Assembly (NCBI GenBank): GCA_964420015.1
Contig: CAYQPO010000001.1
Coordinates: 87,048 to 151,047, forward strand
Reading direction: 5' to 3'
DNA: 64,000 nt
Source: an uncultured Candidatus Saccharibacteria bacterium
GTDB lineage: Bacteria; Patescibacteriota; Minisyncoccia; Phycocordibacterales; SBAW01
The notes beneath the pieces are model-generated. The model was not told where the DNA came from, ran no database searches, and was given only the letters and a program-made list of their open reading frames with translations. Position numbers and translations under genes: made by a program. Shown one piece after another: positions 47,701 through 57,003 of the stretch; position 1 is the stretch's first letter, and each line of letters opens with the position of its first letter.

Positions 47701-47786
47701 CTTTCGGCGCTGTGGTCGAAAAAAAAAGCCCCGGGAACCCTAGGGTCGAGATAATTGGCGAAGTCTGCGAGAGCTGCTCGGCGTAG
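44757..47786 (+). CDS. nrdA: class I ribonucleotide reductase alpha subunit with two N-terminal ATP-cones
   Basis: Two ATP-cone segments (KRNGQIVDF…, KRDGSQENF…). Catalytic SNLCTEI. C-terminal CESCS pair. Confidence 0.85.
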   Translation: MAPLQKIKKRNGQIVDFYPQNITVAVQKAFAATVGDSHDQQAQEITRVVVETLAAKFGNTAIIPSVEDVQDLVEMALMQRGYYNVAKAYIIYRYEHTKLREEKRQEIAEKISENQLLITKRDGSQENFSETKLGRTLARATEGFERIVDQAAVIARVRQEMYEGIKTKEIHDVLIMVTRSMIERDPAHSYVAARLLLEYMYREVVGEVEDYSKLEEEHRKAFARSINRGVEIGWFDPRMLEFNLDTMAEAIDLKRDRDFKYLGLQTLQSNYLSKDQKNSRKLLETPQIFWMRVAMGCALNEKPEDRERIAIEFYEIMSGMYYMPSSPTLYHAGTTIPQLSSCFLSTVPDDLHYIFDEYKDAAQLLKFAGGTGTDWTPVRALGSLIKKIGVESQGVVPFLKIANDVTISINRSGRRRGAAAVYLEYWHLEIEDFMELKKNTGDERRRTHDLNTAAWIPDLFMKRLQEDGYWMLFSPSDVPDLHDLYGKRFEEAYARYEELAEEGKIPHHKKLRAADLWRKHLTMLFETGHPWITWKDPSNVRSPQDHVGVVHSSNLCTEITLNSSAEETAVCNLGSLNLVSFVNDGRFDRDLVARVVPVAMRMLDNVIDINFYPTEKTKRSNLRHRPVGLGIRGLMDALYKLNLNFDTDEAVAFSDESQEVIAYHAILSSALLAKERGVYETYKGSKWDRGILPQDTIALLEQERGTVIDVPRHETLDWRLVREAIKQWGMRNSNTMAHAPTATTANIAGCYPTIEPIYKNIYVKSNMAGDFMIVNEYLVNDLKTLGLWTAEMLEKIKYYDGSIQDIAEIPPGIKEKYKEVFEMEPQWLIKAAAYRGRWMDQSQSLNIFYGGTSGKVLSQIYEYAWSLGLKTTYYLRTLGASRVEKSTVNLAKFGATSSKDAGASVVSAVAVQEMVAAVSKNDDPMAKTTVGAVQSMSVGEVAAIVEAEQVRAGQMDIIALAKTAPAAPVPALQPMVKKGVPSFGAVVEKKSPGNPRVEIIGEVCESCSA

Positions 47787-47805
47787 TTTGGTACACTAAA
47801 CCACC

Positions 47806-48057
47806 ATGGCAAAGAAAGAACCGACAAATGGCGAAATCATGAGTTTTGTAAAAAAGCAGTTTCAATTGCAGCAGGAGTTGCTTGAAAAAACTGCCTACGA
47901 TATTCGCGACTTACGCCAAGGCCAAATGCTACACGACAAACGATTTGATGAAATTGAACAGACGCTTGATGGAGTTACCCGCGCAGTAGACAAAGATGCA
48001 ATAAAAGTCATAGATCACGAGCGCAGGATCCATCGGCTCGAGTTCCGTTCTAAGTAA
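47806..48057 (+). CDS. hypothetical small coiled-coil protein
   Basis: 83 aa. Good context between nrdA and its terminator. Confidence 0.4.
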   Translation: MAKKEPTNGEIMSFVKKQFQLQQELLEKTAYDIRDLRQGQMLHDKRFDEIEQTLDGVTRAVDKDAIKVIDHERRIHRLEFRSK

Positions 48058-48063
48058 AATATG

Positions 48064-48090
48064 AAAAGGCCCCGCGGTTGGGGCCTTTCC
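48064..48090. terminator. bidirectional intrinsic terminator GGCCCC-GCGGTT-GGGGCC
   Basis: GC hairpin flanked by AAAA and TTT. Confidence 0.6.
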
Positions 48091-48109
48091 CAACATGCGG
48101 GGCCGTGAC

Positions 48110-48505
48110 CTACTCCTGATCGGCCGCCCAGTGGCGACCCTCGCGATCCCGACCATAACGCCGTGCAATCTCATCAGGCCGACGAAACTGATGCTCATGG
48201 TAGATCACTGCGATCATCGCGGCGACCAGCGTCTCCACCACCAACTCGATCATGTCTTTGAGCGAGTGATTGAGTTTGGCGAGCTCCTGCTTGCCATGCT
48301 CGGTGCCGTGGACGATGGCAACGCGGTTGTGCAAGCTCATCCGCTCGGCGCGCTGCCTGATCTGAGCTACGTAGCGTTCGACGAACACATCGACCTGTTC
48401 AATGGGCGAGAGGCGCAAATCTAGGCCATCGACTTTCAAGTCCTTGACCAAGCCGCGGGCCCGATCAAGCACTCCTTTAGAGAACTCTGCTACCTGTCCA
48501 GTCAT
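48110..48505 (-). CDS. hypothetical protein
   Basis: 131-aa ORF. No motif recognised. Confidence 0.35.
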   Translation of the reverse strand: MTGQVAEFSKGVLDRARGLVKDLKVDGLDLRLSPIEQVDVFVERYVAQIRQRAERMSLHNRVAIVHGTEHGKQELAKLNHSLKDMIELVVETLVAAMIAVIYHEHQFRRPDEIARRYGRDREGRHWAADQE

Positions 48506-48672
48506 GGTGAACTCCTCGTAGTTGTAGCCGTGGGAGGGAATCTCGATGACCTGAAAACCCTACTATATACAAAGCTCGGCTGTCAAGGCCTATCGTTAGG
48601 CTCACATGTGTTCTTTGCTGCGCTATCCCCTTGCCCGCCCTGACCCCACCGCTACAATCAAAAGTACACACC

Positions 48673-49665
48673 ATGGCAGTAATCAACGGCGCGTCGACCA
48701 CCGACCCGAACAAAATTCTCCCGATGCGCTACCCATGGGCACGTACGCACTACAAAAAAGGTGTGGCCAACAACTGGGTGCCCGAGGAGGTCTCTATGCA
48801 GCAAGACGTCGAACTCTGGAAGAAGCCCGGAGCGCTCAGCGAGGACGAGCGCCGCATGATCATGTGGAATCTCGGGTTTTTCTCTACCGCAGAGTCGCTC
48901 ACCGCTAACAATCTCGTGCTCGCGATTTATCGCCATATCACCAACCCCGAGTGCCGGCAATATTTGCTGCGTCAGGCTTACGAAGAGGCGGTGCATACCG
49001 ACACGTTTATCTACTGCTGCGACACGCTGGGGCTCAATCCAGACGAAATTTATAAGATGTACGAGAACATCCCCAGCATTAAGGAGAAGGACCAATTCGT
49101 GGTCGACATGACCCGCTCGGTATTTGACCCGGGCTTTTCTACCCAAGGCAGCGAAAATATCCAAAAATTCGTGCACGATCTGGTGGGCTACTACGTTATT
49201 ATGGAGGGTATCTTTTTTTATGCAGGCTTTGCGATGATGCTCTCGATGCTGCGCAAAAATCGCATGGTCGGCGTGGGCGAGCAATTCCAGTTTATTTTGC
49301 GCGACGAGTCAGTGCATCTTGCGTTTGGCGCCGACCTCATCAACACGATCGTGGCCGAAAATCCGGCCATTTGGACGCCCGAGTTTAAAGAGACCCTGAC
49401 CAAAAACATCCGAGTTGGGGTTGAGTTGGAAAAACAGTATGCCGACGACGCACTGCCCAGAGGCGTGGTGGGCCTCTCGCCGAGCTCGGTCAAACAGTAC
49501 GTCGAGCATGTCGCCGACCGTCGCTTGGAGCGCATTGGTCTGCAAAAGCAGTACCATGTCGACAACCCCTTCCCCTGGATGAGTGAGATTATGGACATGC
49601 CTAAAGAAAAGAACTTTTTCGAAACGCGCGTTACAGAGTATAAAACTGGAGAGCTGGATTGGTGA
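48673..49665 (+). CDS. nrdB: class I ribonucleotide reductase beta (R2) subunit
   Basis: Diiron ligand motifs …EEAVHTD… and …RDESVHL…. C-terminal …ELDW. Confidence 0.85.
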   Translation: MAVINGASTTDPNKILPMRYPWARTHYKKGVANNWVPEEVSMQQDVELWKKPGALSEDERRMIMWNLGFFSTAESLTANNLVLAIYRHITNPECRQYLLRQAYEEAVHTDTFIYCCDTLGLNPDEIYKMYENIPSIKEKDQFVVDMTRSVFDPGFSTQGSENIQKFVHDLVGYYVIMEGIFFYAGFAMMLSMLRKNRMVGVGEQFQFILRDESVHLAFGADLINTIVAENPAIWTPEFKETLTKNIRVGVELEKQYADDALPRGVVGLSPSSVKQYVEHVADRRLERIGLQKQYHVDNPFPWMSEIMDMPKEKNFFETRVTEYKTGELDW

Positions 49666-49700
49666 TTTTCTAAATCACCTTGAGCTTGTCGAACGGGTAA

Positions 49701-49731
49701 AAAAGCCCCGGCCATCGGCCGGGGCTTTTCG
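49701..49731 (+). terminator. rho-independent terminator AGCCCCGGCC-ATC-GGCCGGGGCT + TTTTCG
   Basis: Near-identical to the terminator at 25141. Confidence 0.7.
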
Positions 49732-49871
49732 TCACTGTTGATTGGGCTGGTTAAGCCCGCTCAAGTGCTCGCTCTCGTCATGGTGCGTAGTCATTGCCTG
49801 CAACCAGACGAGGATCAGCAACCCAAGCGCGCCGAACACAAAGAGAGCGCGCAGTAGCTTCAGAAGTAGCT

Positions 49872-50168
49872 TCATTGGTCTCTCACCACCTGAGCCCTAT
49901 TTCCGAAGAGCTCTTTCAGAATGTTCGAATTTCCCTCCAACAGCTCTTCGGAGAAGCGAATCTCCAGATTCAGATTGCGTGCCCGCGCAACCAGATCTAG
50001 CCGGTCGCAAACATCCGCAACGTCACCACGGGGATGACACAGTGACAGTTGTTCTCCGCAGTACGGATCATGCTGCCCAACAAAAAGAAAGCCTGGAGTC
50101 TCGGCCGACGCAACCAAAACGACGAGCGTAAGCTTCGGCTCATCAAGGAGCCTCAGTTTTGTGGTCAT
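49872..50168 (-). CDS. hypothetical protein
   Basis: 98-aa ORF of uncertain reality. Confidence 0.25.
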   Translation of the reverse strand: MTTKLRLLDEPKLTLVVLVASAETPGFLFVGQHDPYCGEQLSLCHPRGDVADVCDRLDLVARARNLNLEIRFSEELLEGNSNILKELFGNRAQVVRDQ

Positions 50169-50222
50169 GGCGTCCTCGCTCTGTAGTACAGGTTCACTCG
50201 ATAGTGTGCCACAAAAGTAGGG

Positions 50223-50987
50223 CTACTTCAAACTTTTTTCCACCCCATATTCGCCCACTTTGGTGCGCAAAATATGCAGTGCCAAGGCCGGGCAACCGAG
50301 CTCCTCGCCAAGCCCATTGGCGATCGAGCGCACGTAGGTCCCCGAGCTACATGCAACTTCGATGGTGGCACAGGGGAACTCTCTGGTGCCGTCTTTTTTT
50401 AGATGCCGACGCCAACCAAGCATCACCTCTTCTTGTCGAAAGTCGCCGTTGACCTTTGCAACCGACTCGTCGATGTAGCTCAAGAGTGTCGGCTCGTCGA
50501 CTTTGTACATTTTTTCTATTTCGATGTTATGGATGGTCACGCTCCGGCGCGGCATGATAAGCGAGCCGAGCGCACCTCCTCTTGCCCATTCAAACAACGA
50601 TTTGCCTTCGACTGTTTTGCTGGAGTACGGCGGGTACTCTTGCTCGATATGGCCGCGAAATTCGTTGAGCGCTTTTTGGACCTTTTGTTTAGTAATCTCT
50701 TCGGCCTCGCCCGTATCCATGACTCTGCCCAGCACATCGTAGGTGTCGGTTGAGAAGCCCCACAATACGTCTACCACATACTCCTTATTGAGCTCCAAAT
50801 AGGCATCGCGACTTTGGTTAGCCGCCCCGACTAAGCAGAGCATTACGCCTTCGGCCATTGGGTCGAGCCGGCCAGCGTAGGAGAGCACTTCATGCTCGTA
50901 ATGGGGCTTTTGGGTACGCAGGCGCTCGAGCCGTTCGCGCGGCGTTTCGCCAAGCTGTTTGTAGAGATTTAAGACCGTGCCGCGCAT
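50223..50987 (-). CDS. truB: tRNA pseudouridine(55) synthase
   Basis: …GRLDPMAEGVML… with the catalytic Asp region. C-terminal PUA-like region. Start taken at MRGTVLNLYK. Confidence 0.8.
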   Translation of the reverse strand: MRGTVLNLYKQLGETPRERLERLRTQKPHYEHEVLSYAGRLDPMAEGVMLCLVGAANQSRDAYLELNKEYVVDVLWGFSTDTYDVLGRVMDTGEAEEITKQKVQKALNEFRGHIEQEYPPYSSKTVEGKSLFEWARGGALGSLIMPRRSVTIHNIEIEKMYKVDEPTLLSYIDESVAKVNGDFRQEEVMLGWRRHLKKDGTREFPCATIEVACSSGTYVRSIANGLGEELGCPALALHILRTKVGEYGVEKSLK

Positions 50988-51042
50988 TTCTGTTACAATA
51001 CTCGATACCAGCCGCGCAGGCAAAAATTTGGCAAAAATTCAG

Positions 51043-52290
51043 ATGACCAAGAACAAACTCTCGACCGAACCGTATAAAGGTGTGCGCGACTTCTACCCCG
51101 AGGACTATGCGCTGCAAAAATTTATATTTTCTACGTGGCGCAGTGTCGCCGAGAAAGCGGGTTATGTCGAGTATGAGGCCTCCATTTTAGAGCCAGCCGA
51201 GCTTTACAAAGCCAAAGGTGCTGACAACGAAGAGATACTCAAAGAACAAATATACGCATTTAAAGATCGCGGCGAGCGCGAGGTGACGTTGCGCCCTGAG
51301 ATGACGCCGAGCTTAGCGCGCATGGTTGCGGGGCGTCGACGCGAGCTTGGCTTCCCCTTGCGGTGGTATTCGATCCCCAACTGCTTTCGCTATGAGCGCC
51401 CGCAGCGCGGGCGCCTGCGCGAATTTTGGCAACTCAATGTCGATTTGTTTGGGAGCAAAAGTCTCGCCGCCGACGGCGAGGTGATTGGCGTAGCCTACGG
51501 CATCATGCGCGCGCTCGGCGGGAGCGAGAGCGACTTTGTCATCAAAGTGGGCTCGCGCCCGGCTATGAATCAGGTCGCTAAGCGCGCGGGCCTCTCGAGC
51601 GAAAATACGAAGAAGTTTTTTGGCTTGCTCGATCGGCGCGACAAACTATCGAGCGTCGATTTTGAGACGGGGTTGCGCGAGCTTGGGGTCCAAGCGAGTG
51701 CGGTCTCGGCTAGTGACGTGCCCGAGGATGTCGCCGAGCTCATCGAAAAGTTCAATCAAGCAGGCATCGAAAATATCGTCTACGACCCAGCCATTGTGCG
51801 CGGCTTTGCCTACTACACCGGCATCGTCTTCGAGGTCTTTGACACCCATCCTCAAAACAACCGCGCCTTGTTTGGCGGAGGGCGCTACGACAACTTAACT
51901 GCTATGTTCGACGACGAGCCTCTGCCGGGAGTGGGCTTTGGTATGGGCGACGTAACCATACGCGACTTTTTAGAAACGCGGGGCCTTATCCCTGCCTATA
52001 CTCCTCCAACGCAGGTCTACGTTGCGGTCACCGACCCAACTCTCGCCTACGAGGCGCAGACGCTCGCAGGAGAGATGCGCAGGCAAGGGGTGAACGTGGC
52101 GATCGACTTCGGCGAGCGCAAACTGGGCGACCAAATTAAAGTTGCGGTCAAGCACGCAGTGCCGTGGTTGGTAGTGGTCGGGCAAAACGAACTCCAAAGC
52201 GGCGAGTTTATGGTTAAAAACCTTGGGACAGGCACTCAAGAGTCTATGCGTCGCGAGCAATTGGGGGAGTTTTTTGCTACTCTCAAATAA
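51043..52290 (+). CDS. hisS: histidyl-tRNA synthetase
   Basis: Class II motifs (…LRPEMTPSLARMVA…RWYSIPNCFRYERPQRGRLREFWQ…). C-terminal anticodon-binding domain. Confidence 0.85.
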   Translation: MTKNKLSTEPYKGVRDFYPEDYALQKFIFSTWRSVAEKAGYVEYEASILEPAELYKAKGADNEEILKEQIYAFKDRGEREVTLRPEMTPSLARMVAGRRRELGFPLRWYSIPNCFRYERPQRGRLREFWQLNVDLFGSKSLAADGEVIGVAYGIMRALGGSESDFVIKVGSRPAMNQVAKRAGLSSENTKKFFGLLDRRDKLSSVDFETGLRELGVQASAVSASDVPEDVAELIEKFNQAGIENIVYDPAIVRGFAYYTGIVFEVFDTHPQNNRALFGGGRYDNLTAMFDDEPLPGVGFGMGDVTIRDFLETRGLIPAYTPPTQVYVAVTDPTLAYEAQTLAGEMRRQGVNVAIDFGERKLGDQIKVAVKHAVPWLVVVGQNELQSGEFMVKNLGTGTQESMRREQLGEFFATLK

Positions 52291-52297
52291 CCCCCAA

Positions 52298-52870
52298 ATG
52301 AAACGACTCACCTTCGATATAGAAACTGAGGGCGTATGGCGCGGTAATGGCGACTTCTCAAACCTAGAAATTTCGGTATTGGGCGTGCACGACTCCGAGA
52401 GCGGCGAGCTCATCGGCTTTTATCGCGACGAGCTGAGCAAAGCGTGGCCACTGTTTGAGTCGGCCGATATTATTGTAGGCTATAACTCGGACCACTTCGA
52501 CATCCCGATCCTCAATAAATACTACGCAGGCGACTTGAGTAAGATTAAAAGCATCGACTTGCTCAAAGAGGTTAAAAATGTTTTGGGCCGCCGCCTCAAA
52601 CTCGACAACTTGGCCGAGGCAACACTCGGCCGCGGCAAGATAGGTGACGGCCTCGAGGCGGTCGAGTGGTGGAAGCAAGGACTGAAGGAAAAGGTCAAAG
52701 AATATTGTTTGATGGATGTCAAAATCACCAGCGACTTGTACGACTATGCAAAAAAGCAAGGGTCGCTTAAGTACCGCGACTACGACGGTCTGCGCGATAT
52801 AAAGCTCGATACCTCTGGTTGGGAGGTAGTGTCTGACTCCCCGGCCCTCACACACACGCTACCTTTTTAG
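52298..52870 (+). CDS. DEDD-family 3'-5' exonuclease
   Basis: Exo I FDIETEG. Exo II …VGYNSDHFDIPIL…. Exo III …YCLMDV…. Confidence 0.65.
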   Translation: MKRLTFDIETEGVWRGNGDFSNLEISVLGVHDSESGELIGFYRDELSKAWPLFESADIIVGYNSDHFDIPILNKYYAGDLSKIKSIDLLKEVKNVLGRRLKLDNLAEATLGRGKIGDGLEAVEWWKQGLKEKVKEYCLMDVKITSDLYDYAKKQGSLKYRDYDGLRDIKLDTSGWEVVSDSPALTHTLPF

Positions 52871-52943
52871 TTGCCTCTGGCGTTGCGTTTTAAAACAACA
52901 AAGCCCCGCAATCGACAGGGCTTTGCGCCTTCGGTTGCGGGAC

Positions 52944-53357
52944 TCAGAAGTGGATATACTTGCCATTCGTCCTCTCGCCGAGGATATAGACTAAAACGCC
53001 ATAACCGTCACTTTCGGCCACTACGCAGGTTTGGCGCCGTTCGGCTTCTTGCCATACCTTATTGGTCCGACTGGCGATATAGAACTTGCGCGACCGGTAG
53101 CGATTATTGGCCACGTAGTTGCCCCGAGCATAGTGGTTATAGTAAGTGAACGGGCCCCAGTGATTGGTACCGTTCTTAACCTTGCAGTCGGCCAGATACT
53201 TTTCGTAGCCCGCCTGTTTCGCCTCACGCTGCTCCTGCTCGGCTTTTTCCACTGCTTGCTGCTGCTCAAACTTTTCGCGAGCAACCTTTTGTTCAGAAGT
53301 CTCACCGCAGGCGATAAGCGCCAAGGCTGCAAGAGCAAGTGCGAACGTCCGGAACAT
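52944..53357 (-). CDS. hypothetical lipoprotein
   Basis: Signal peptide with lipobox LIACG. Confidence 0.45.
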   Translation of the reverse strand: MFRTFALALAALALIACGETSEQKVAREKFEQQQAVEKAEQEQREAKQAGYEKYLADCKVKNGTNHWGPFTYYNHYARGNYVANNRYRSRKFYIASRTNKVWQEAERRQTCVVAESDGYGVLVYILGERTNGKYIHF

Positions 53358-53483
53358 GTTTTCACTCCCTGTTGGATGTGCTGCGGGCGAATCTGCCCTT
53401 CGCCCGACAGTTTAACATATAAAGTATCACGTTGTCAATAGTGTTGCAAAGTAAGGCTTTTTTTGTGTTAAAATCTTCAGCAT

Positions 53484-54209
53484 ATGAAATCCCAATATGT
53501 GTTGCCCATTACTATCGTGATCGCCGGTGCGCTCATTGCTGGAGCGGTGTTCTGGAGCGGCAAAAATTCTACCCAAGGCATGGCGCCCAACACTAACCCC
53601 AACGGCTCTATCACTGCCCGCGCCTATACCCCCGGCCAAGACCACATTTTGGGCAACCCTAACGCTGCAGTAAAAGTGGTTGAGTATATGGACTTGGAGT
53701 GCCCACACTGCAAGGTGTTTAACACCACGATGCACCAGATTATTGCGTACTACGGCAAGAGCGGCCAGGTGGCCTGGGTACAGCGACCCTTCCCGCTGGC
53801 ACAGATCCACTCTAAAGCCCCGCAAGAGGCACAAGCCGCCGAGTGCGCCGCAGCCCAAGGCGGCGACACAGCCTACTTCGCTTACACCGACAAAATCTTT
53901 GAAATCACTCCCTCGGACAATGGCCTCGACCTCGCACAACTCCCGACGGTGGCACAGCAAGTTGGCTTGGATGTAGCTAAGTTCAACGACTGCCTCTCTA
54001 AAAACACCTACGCTCAAAAAGTTACCGACAGCTACAACGAAGCGCTCTCCTACGGTGCGCAGGGCACGCCGTTTAGCCTCGTGATGGTCGGGACCGAAGC
54101 GGTTGCGCTCTCGGGCGACCAACCCTACGACAGCATGCGTGCCGCGATCGACGCCGTCCTCTCGAGTACCGGCCAGCCGAGCACGACTGCCTCAACCACG
54201 GCTCAATAG
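53484..54209 (+). CDS. DsbA-like thiol:disulfide oxidoreductase
   Basis: N-terminal TM. CPHC active site. Thioredoxin fold. Confidence 0.75.
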   Translation: MKSQYVLPITIVIAGALIAGAVFWSGKNSTQGMAPNTNPNGSITARAYTPGQDHILGNPNAAVKVVEYMDLECPHCKVFNTTMHQIIAYYGKSGQVAWVQRPFPLAQIHSKAPQEAQAAECAAAQGGDTAYFAYTDKIFEITPSDNGLDLAQLPTVAQQVGLDVAKFNDCLSKNTYAQKVTDSYNEALSYGAQGTPFSLVMVGTEAVALSGDQPYDSMRAAIDAVLSSTGQPSTTASTTAQ

Positions 54210-54219
54210 TCAAAAAATA

Positions 54220-54236
54220 CAAAGGTCAGACCTTTG
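54220..54236. repeat. REP palindrome CAAAGGTCAGACCTTTG 11 bp after the DsbA-like gene stop
   Basis: Identical core to the REPs flanking the RAYT at 0.5-1.3 kb. Confidence 0.65.
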
Positions 54237-54291
54237 TAAAAGCAAAAGGGCGGAAGGGTTCCGACCACCCTTTCGCCCCTTCTAGTTTCGA

Positions 54292-54567
54292 TCACACATC
54301 GACAGCGGTTCTCGGTTTCAATTTCGGAGAATCGCTGATGACACTGTCTGCGACCTTAGTGAACAGCACGATACCAGACCGAGCCTCGAGGTCACCCTGA
54401 CTGTGAGAAAGTGCTGATGGGCTAAACCTTGTGTAGATGATCTGATCAGCATGATAGCCCAGACTGTTCATGTTTTCGATCAGTTTCTGGAGGCCTAATC
54501 CAGATCGCGCCCCGACAGTGCCCTCGGCACAGAATTCTTCGACACGTTGCTGAACCGACATTACCAA
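54292..54567 (-). CDS. hypothetical small protein
   Basis: 91 aa. No motif recognised. Confidence 0.3.
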   Translation of the reverse strand: MVMSVQQRVEEFCAEGTVGARSGLGLQKLIENMNSLGYHADQIIYTRFSPSALSHSQGDLEARSGIVLFTKVADSVISDSPKLKPRTAVDV

Positions 54568-54647
54568 AATCTCCCTTGCCGTTGCGTTCTAAGTTCGCCA
54601 CAAATTATACTATAGAATATGGAATACTGTCAAGTTCCCAAAACCCT

Positions 54648-55502
54648 TTATTCTTCGGGCCTAAAATGGGCGTCGTACTCTTCGGGAGTCACGTTGATGC
54701 GGTAGATGTCGAAGCTGTTCTCCCCCTCGAAAATGTCAGAAGGGTTGGGCAAAAAGACATTCATGTGTTTGAGTGCCTCGGTTGCATCGCGCAGCAGGCG
54801 GTTAAAGATAATGAACTCTTGGCGAAAGGTGCGAAAGTCGATCACGTGCCGACGCATTTGCGAGCTCCCGTCTTGATTGCGGCTGATCTTGCACTCGTGG
54901 ATGATAAAGCACCGTACCGGCTTACCAAAGGTTTTTTTGACCGTATAGTAGTTGAAGATTGCTTGGAGTACAAATAATGCTTTGTCACCTCTATAGGGGC
55001 TAAACGCCGCCACGAACTTATGATCGACGATATCGACTCCGCGTGGGTCGACTTTGCTTTGCACCACAAGATCTGAAACCGCTTTGATAGGCAGCTCGAG
55101 GCCAGAGACCGGCACGGTCGCCTTAACCTCTACCCCGAGCACGTTGTATTTTGGCGGCCGAGCCAAATAAAAACCAACTGCCTGCGCATACTCGCGCTCC
55201 ATACTCTCGCGCTTGGCTTTTTTCGCTGCTTTGGTTTTGGCCTTGCCAAAGTTGATCTCAAAGTCGGGCACGCTGCGCAAATATTCCAGTCCGAGTGCCA
55301 CCGCAGTCTCTTTGCCCAAACCGCCGTAGTAGTGCTGGAGTGCGGTGTGCGCGGCGCGTCCAACTACGCCTGCCGGACTGCTGGGCGTGTCATAAATTTG
55401 CTCGACATAGCGCTTGTGCCACGCAAGCGGATTGCGCAAGAACGCCATCAAACTTGAGTGGCTCCAATGCTCAATCGGCAGCTTTTGCTTGGCCATAGGC
55501 AC
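54648..55502 (-). CDS. PD-(D/E)XK (Cas4/RecB-like) nuclease family protein
   Basis: N-terminal …WSHSSLMAFLRNPLAWHKRY… Core …DIVDHKF… and …ECKISR…. Confidence 0.5.
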   Translation of the reverse strand: MPMAKQKLPIEHWSHSSLMAFLRNPLAWHKRYVEQIYDTPSSPAGVVGRAAHTALQHYYGGLGKETAVALGLEYLRSVPDFEINFGKAKTKAAKKAKRESMEREYAQAVGFYLARPPKYNVLGVEVKATVPVSGLELPIKAVSDLVVQSKVDPRGVDIVDHKFVAAFSPYRGDKALFVLQAIFNYYTVKKTFGKPVRCFIIHECKISRNQDGSSQMRRHVIDFRTFRQEFIIFNRLLRDATEALKHMNVFLPNPSDIFEGENSFDIYRINVTPEEYDAHFRPEE

Positions 55503-55587
55503 AGTATAGCCTCATTGACGATTCAGGTGTTTTGTCCTATTATCCAACGCGGTACGCGCGGCACGAGCTTGCCGCAGGGAGAGTTTA

Positions 55588-55692
55588 ATGGATGGCCCAG
55601 TTGTCCCGGAGCCGGCGAGCAACCGCGGACTGCTTCGAGGCACAGTGGTTTTTCTCTTGATCGTTGGCACCCTGTGGTTGGTCTTGCACTAA
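55588..55692 (+). CDS. possible 34-aa membrane peptide
   Basis: AGGGAG RBS. MDGPVVPEPASNRGLLRGTVVFLLIVGTLWLVLH. A terminator follows. Confidence 0.25.
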   Translation: MDGPVVPEPASNRGLLRGTVVFLLIVGTLWLVLH

Positions 55693-55705
55693 CCCACGGC
55701 GCCAA

Positions 55706-55737
55706 AACGCCCGGCGATGAGTCGGGCGTTTTGTTTT
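55706..55737. terminator. bidirectional intrinsic terminator (ACGCCCG-GCGATGAGT-CGGGCGT + T-tracts) downstream of rpoD
   Basis: GC stem with T-runs on both strands. Confidence 0.65.
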
Positions 55738-56984
55738 TAGTAACTCCGCAATCTTTTAGCTTTTTCGTGCGTGCGGATGCGCTCAAGCGCTTTAGCCTCG
55801 ATCTGGCGGATGCGCTCGCGGGTAACGCCAAACTTCTTCCCCACCTCCTCGAGCGTGTGGTAGATGCCGTCTTCGAGCCCATGGCGCAGTTTCAAAATTT
55901 CGCGCTCCTTGGGCGAGAGCTCGTCGAGGATCTCGCGCAGCTGGTCGGCCAAAATGCGCCGCGCCACCTCCTGGTCAGGCGAAAGAATTTTGTCGTCTTT
56001 GATGAAGTCGCCCAAAACCGACTTACCGTCTTCGTCGGCATCGCCAACCGGGCTCTCAAGCGAAACCGTGTCTTGGTCGATCTTCTCTATCTGGTAGATT
56101 TTCTCGACGTCGACGCCCATCTCGAGCGCTACCTCCTCGGCAAGCGGGTCGCGGCCAAGATCCTGAGAGAGTCGGCGTGAGACCTGCTTGTATTTAGCAA
56201 TCGTCTCGACCATGTGCACTGGGATACGGATCGTGCGGCTCTGATCGGCAAGCGCGCGCGTAATCGCCTGGCGGATCCACCACGTTGCGTAGGTTGAGAA
56301 TTTGAATCCTTTGGTAAAGTCGAACTTGTCCACCGCCTTGAAGAGCCCGAGATTGCCCTCTTGAATAAGGTCGAGCAAGGTCAAGTCGGGCGAGCGGCCC
56401 ACATACTTTTTGGCAATAGAGACCACCAAGCGCAGGTTGGCTCGTGCGAGCAAGTTGCGCGCCTCGCTGTCACCCTCGGTGATGCGCTTGGCCAAGGCGC
56501 GCTCTTGCTCGCCATTTAAGAGCGGATACTTACCTATCTCGCGCAGGTACATTTGGATCGAGTCGTACTGGCTGTCGGAGCGAGAGTAGCCCTTCTCTTG
56601 GTCGGGTTCGGAGACGTCGAGCATGCCGCCACCTTCGAGCACATCGATGTGTGCAGTCGAAAACTTTTCATACAGCACCTCCAAAAACTCGACATCCGTC
56701 TCGATATTGGGAAAGCTTTTTAAGATTTCATCATAGGTGACGAAGCCGCGCTCGCGACCGCGCGCCATGAGTGCTTCTGCTTTTTTGTTTTGTTCGTCGA
56801 CGCGTTTTTGGAGTTTGGAAGAGAGTTTGGGCACCGGCGGAGCCTTTTTAGTAATTAGCTTTTTCTTGGGCGCAAGCTTAGCCCGGCGCGCTTTGGAGAG
56901 CGCCTTAAACTTGGCCGACACCCTGGCCGGCCCTCCGGCTTTTTTGCGTCGGGGTTTAGTTTTTGTACCCTTCTTTTTAGTCAT
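55737..56984 (-). CDS. rpoD: primary sigma-70 factor
   Basis: Regions 2-4 (…[19 protein letters not shown]…[13 protein letters not shown]…, …[11 protein letters not shown]…). Basic N-terminal tail. Confidence 0.9.
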   Translation of the reverse strand: MTKKKGTKTKPRRKKAGGPARVSAKFKALSKARRAKLAPKKKLITKKAPPVPKLSSKLQKRVDEQNKKAEALMARGRERGFVTYDEILKSFPNIETDVEFLEVLYEKFSTAHIDVLEGGGMLDVSEPDQEKGYSRSDSQYDSIQMYLREIGKYPLLNGEQERALAKRITEGDSEARNLLARANLRLVVSIAKKYVGRSPDLTLLDLIQEGNLGLFKAVDKFDFTKGFKFSTYATWWIRQAITRALADQSRTIRIPVHMVETIAKYKQVSRRLSQDLGRDPLAEEVALEMGVDVEKIYQIEKIDQDTVSLESPVGDADEDGKSVLGDFIKDDKILSPDQEVARRILADQLREILDELSPKEREILKLRHGLEDGIYHTLEEVGKKFGVTRERIRQIEAKALERIRTHEKAKRLRSY

Positions 56985-57003
56985 TATGTTGTTGACGATT
57001 ATA

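Noticed and set aside
44757-47786. Possible intein in the unusually long (1009 aa) NrdA
   Set aside because: No intein block signatures, such as a C-terminal HN followed by Cys/Ser/Thr, or endonuclease motifs, were seen. The extra length is explained by two tandem N-terminal ATP-cone domains.
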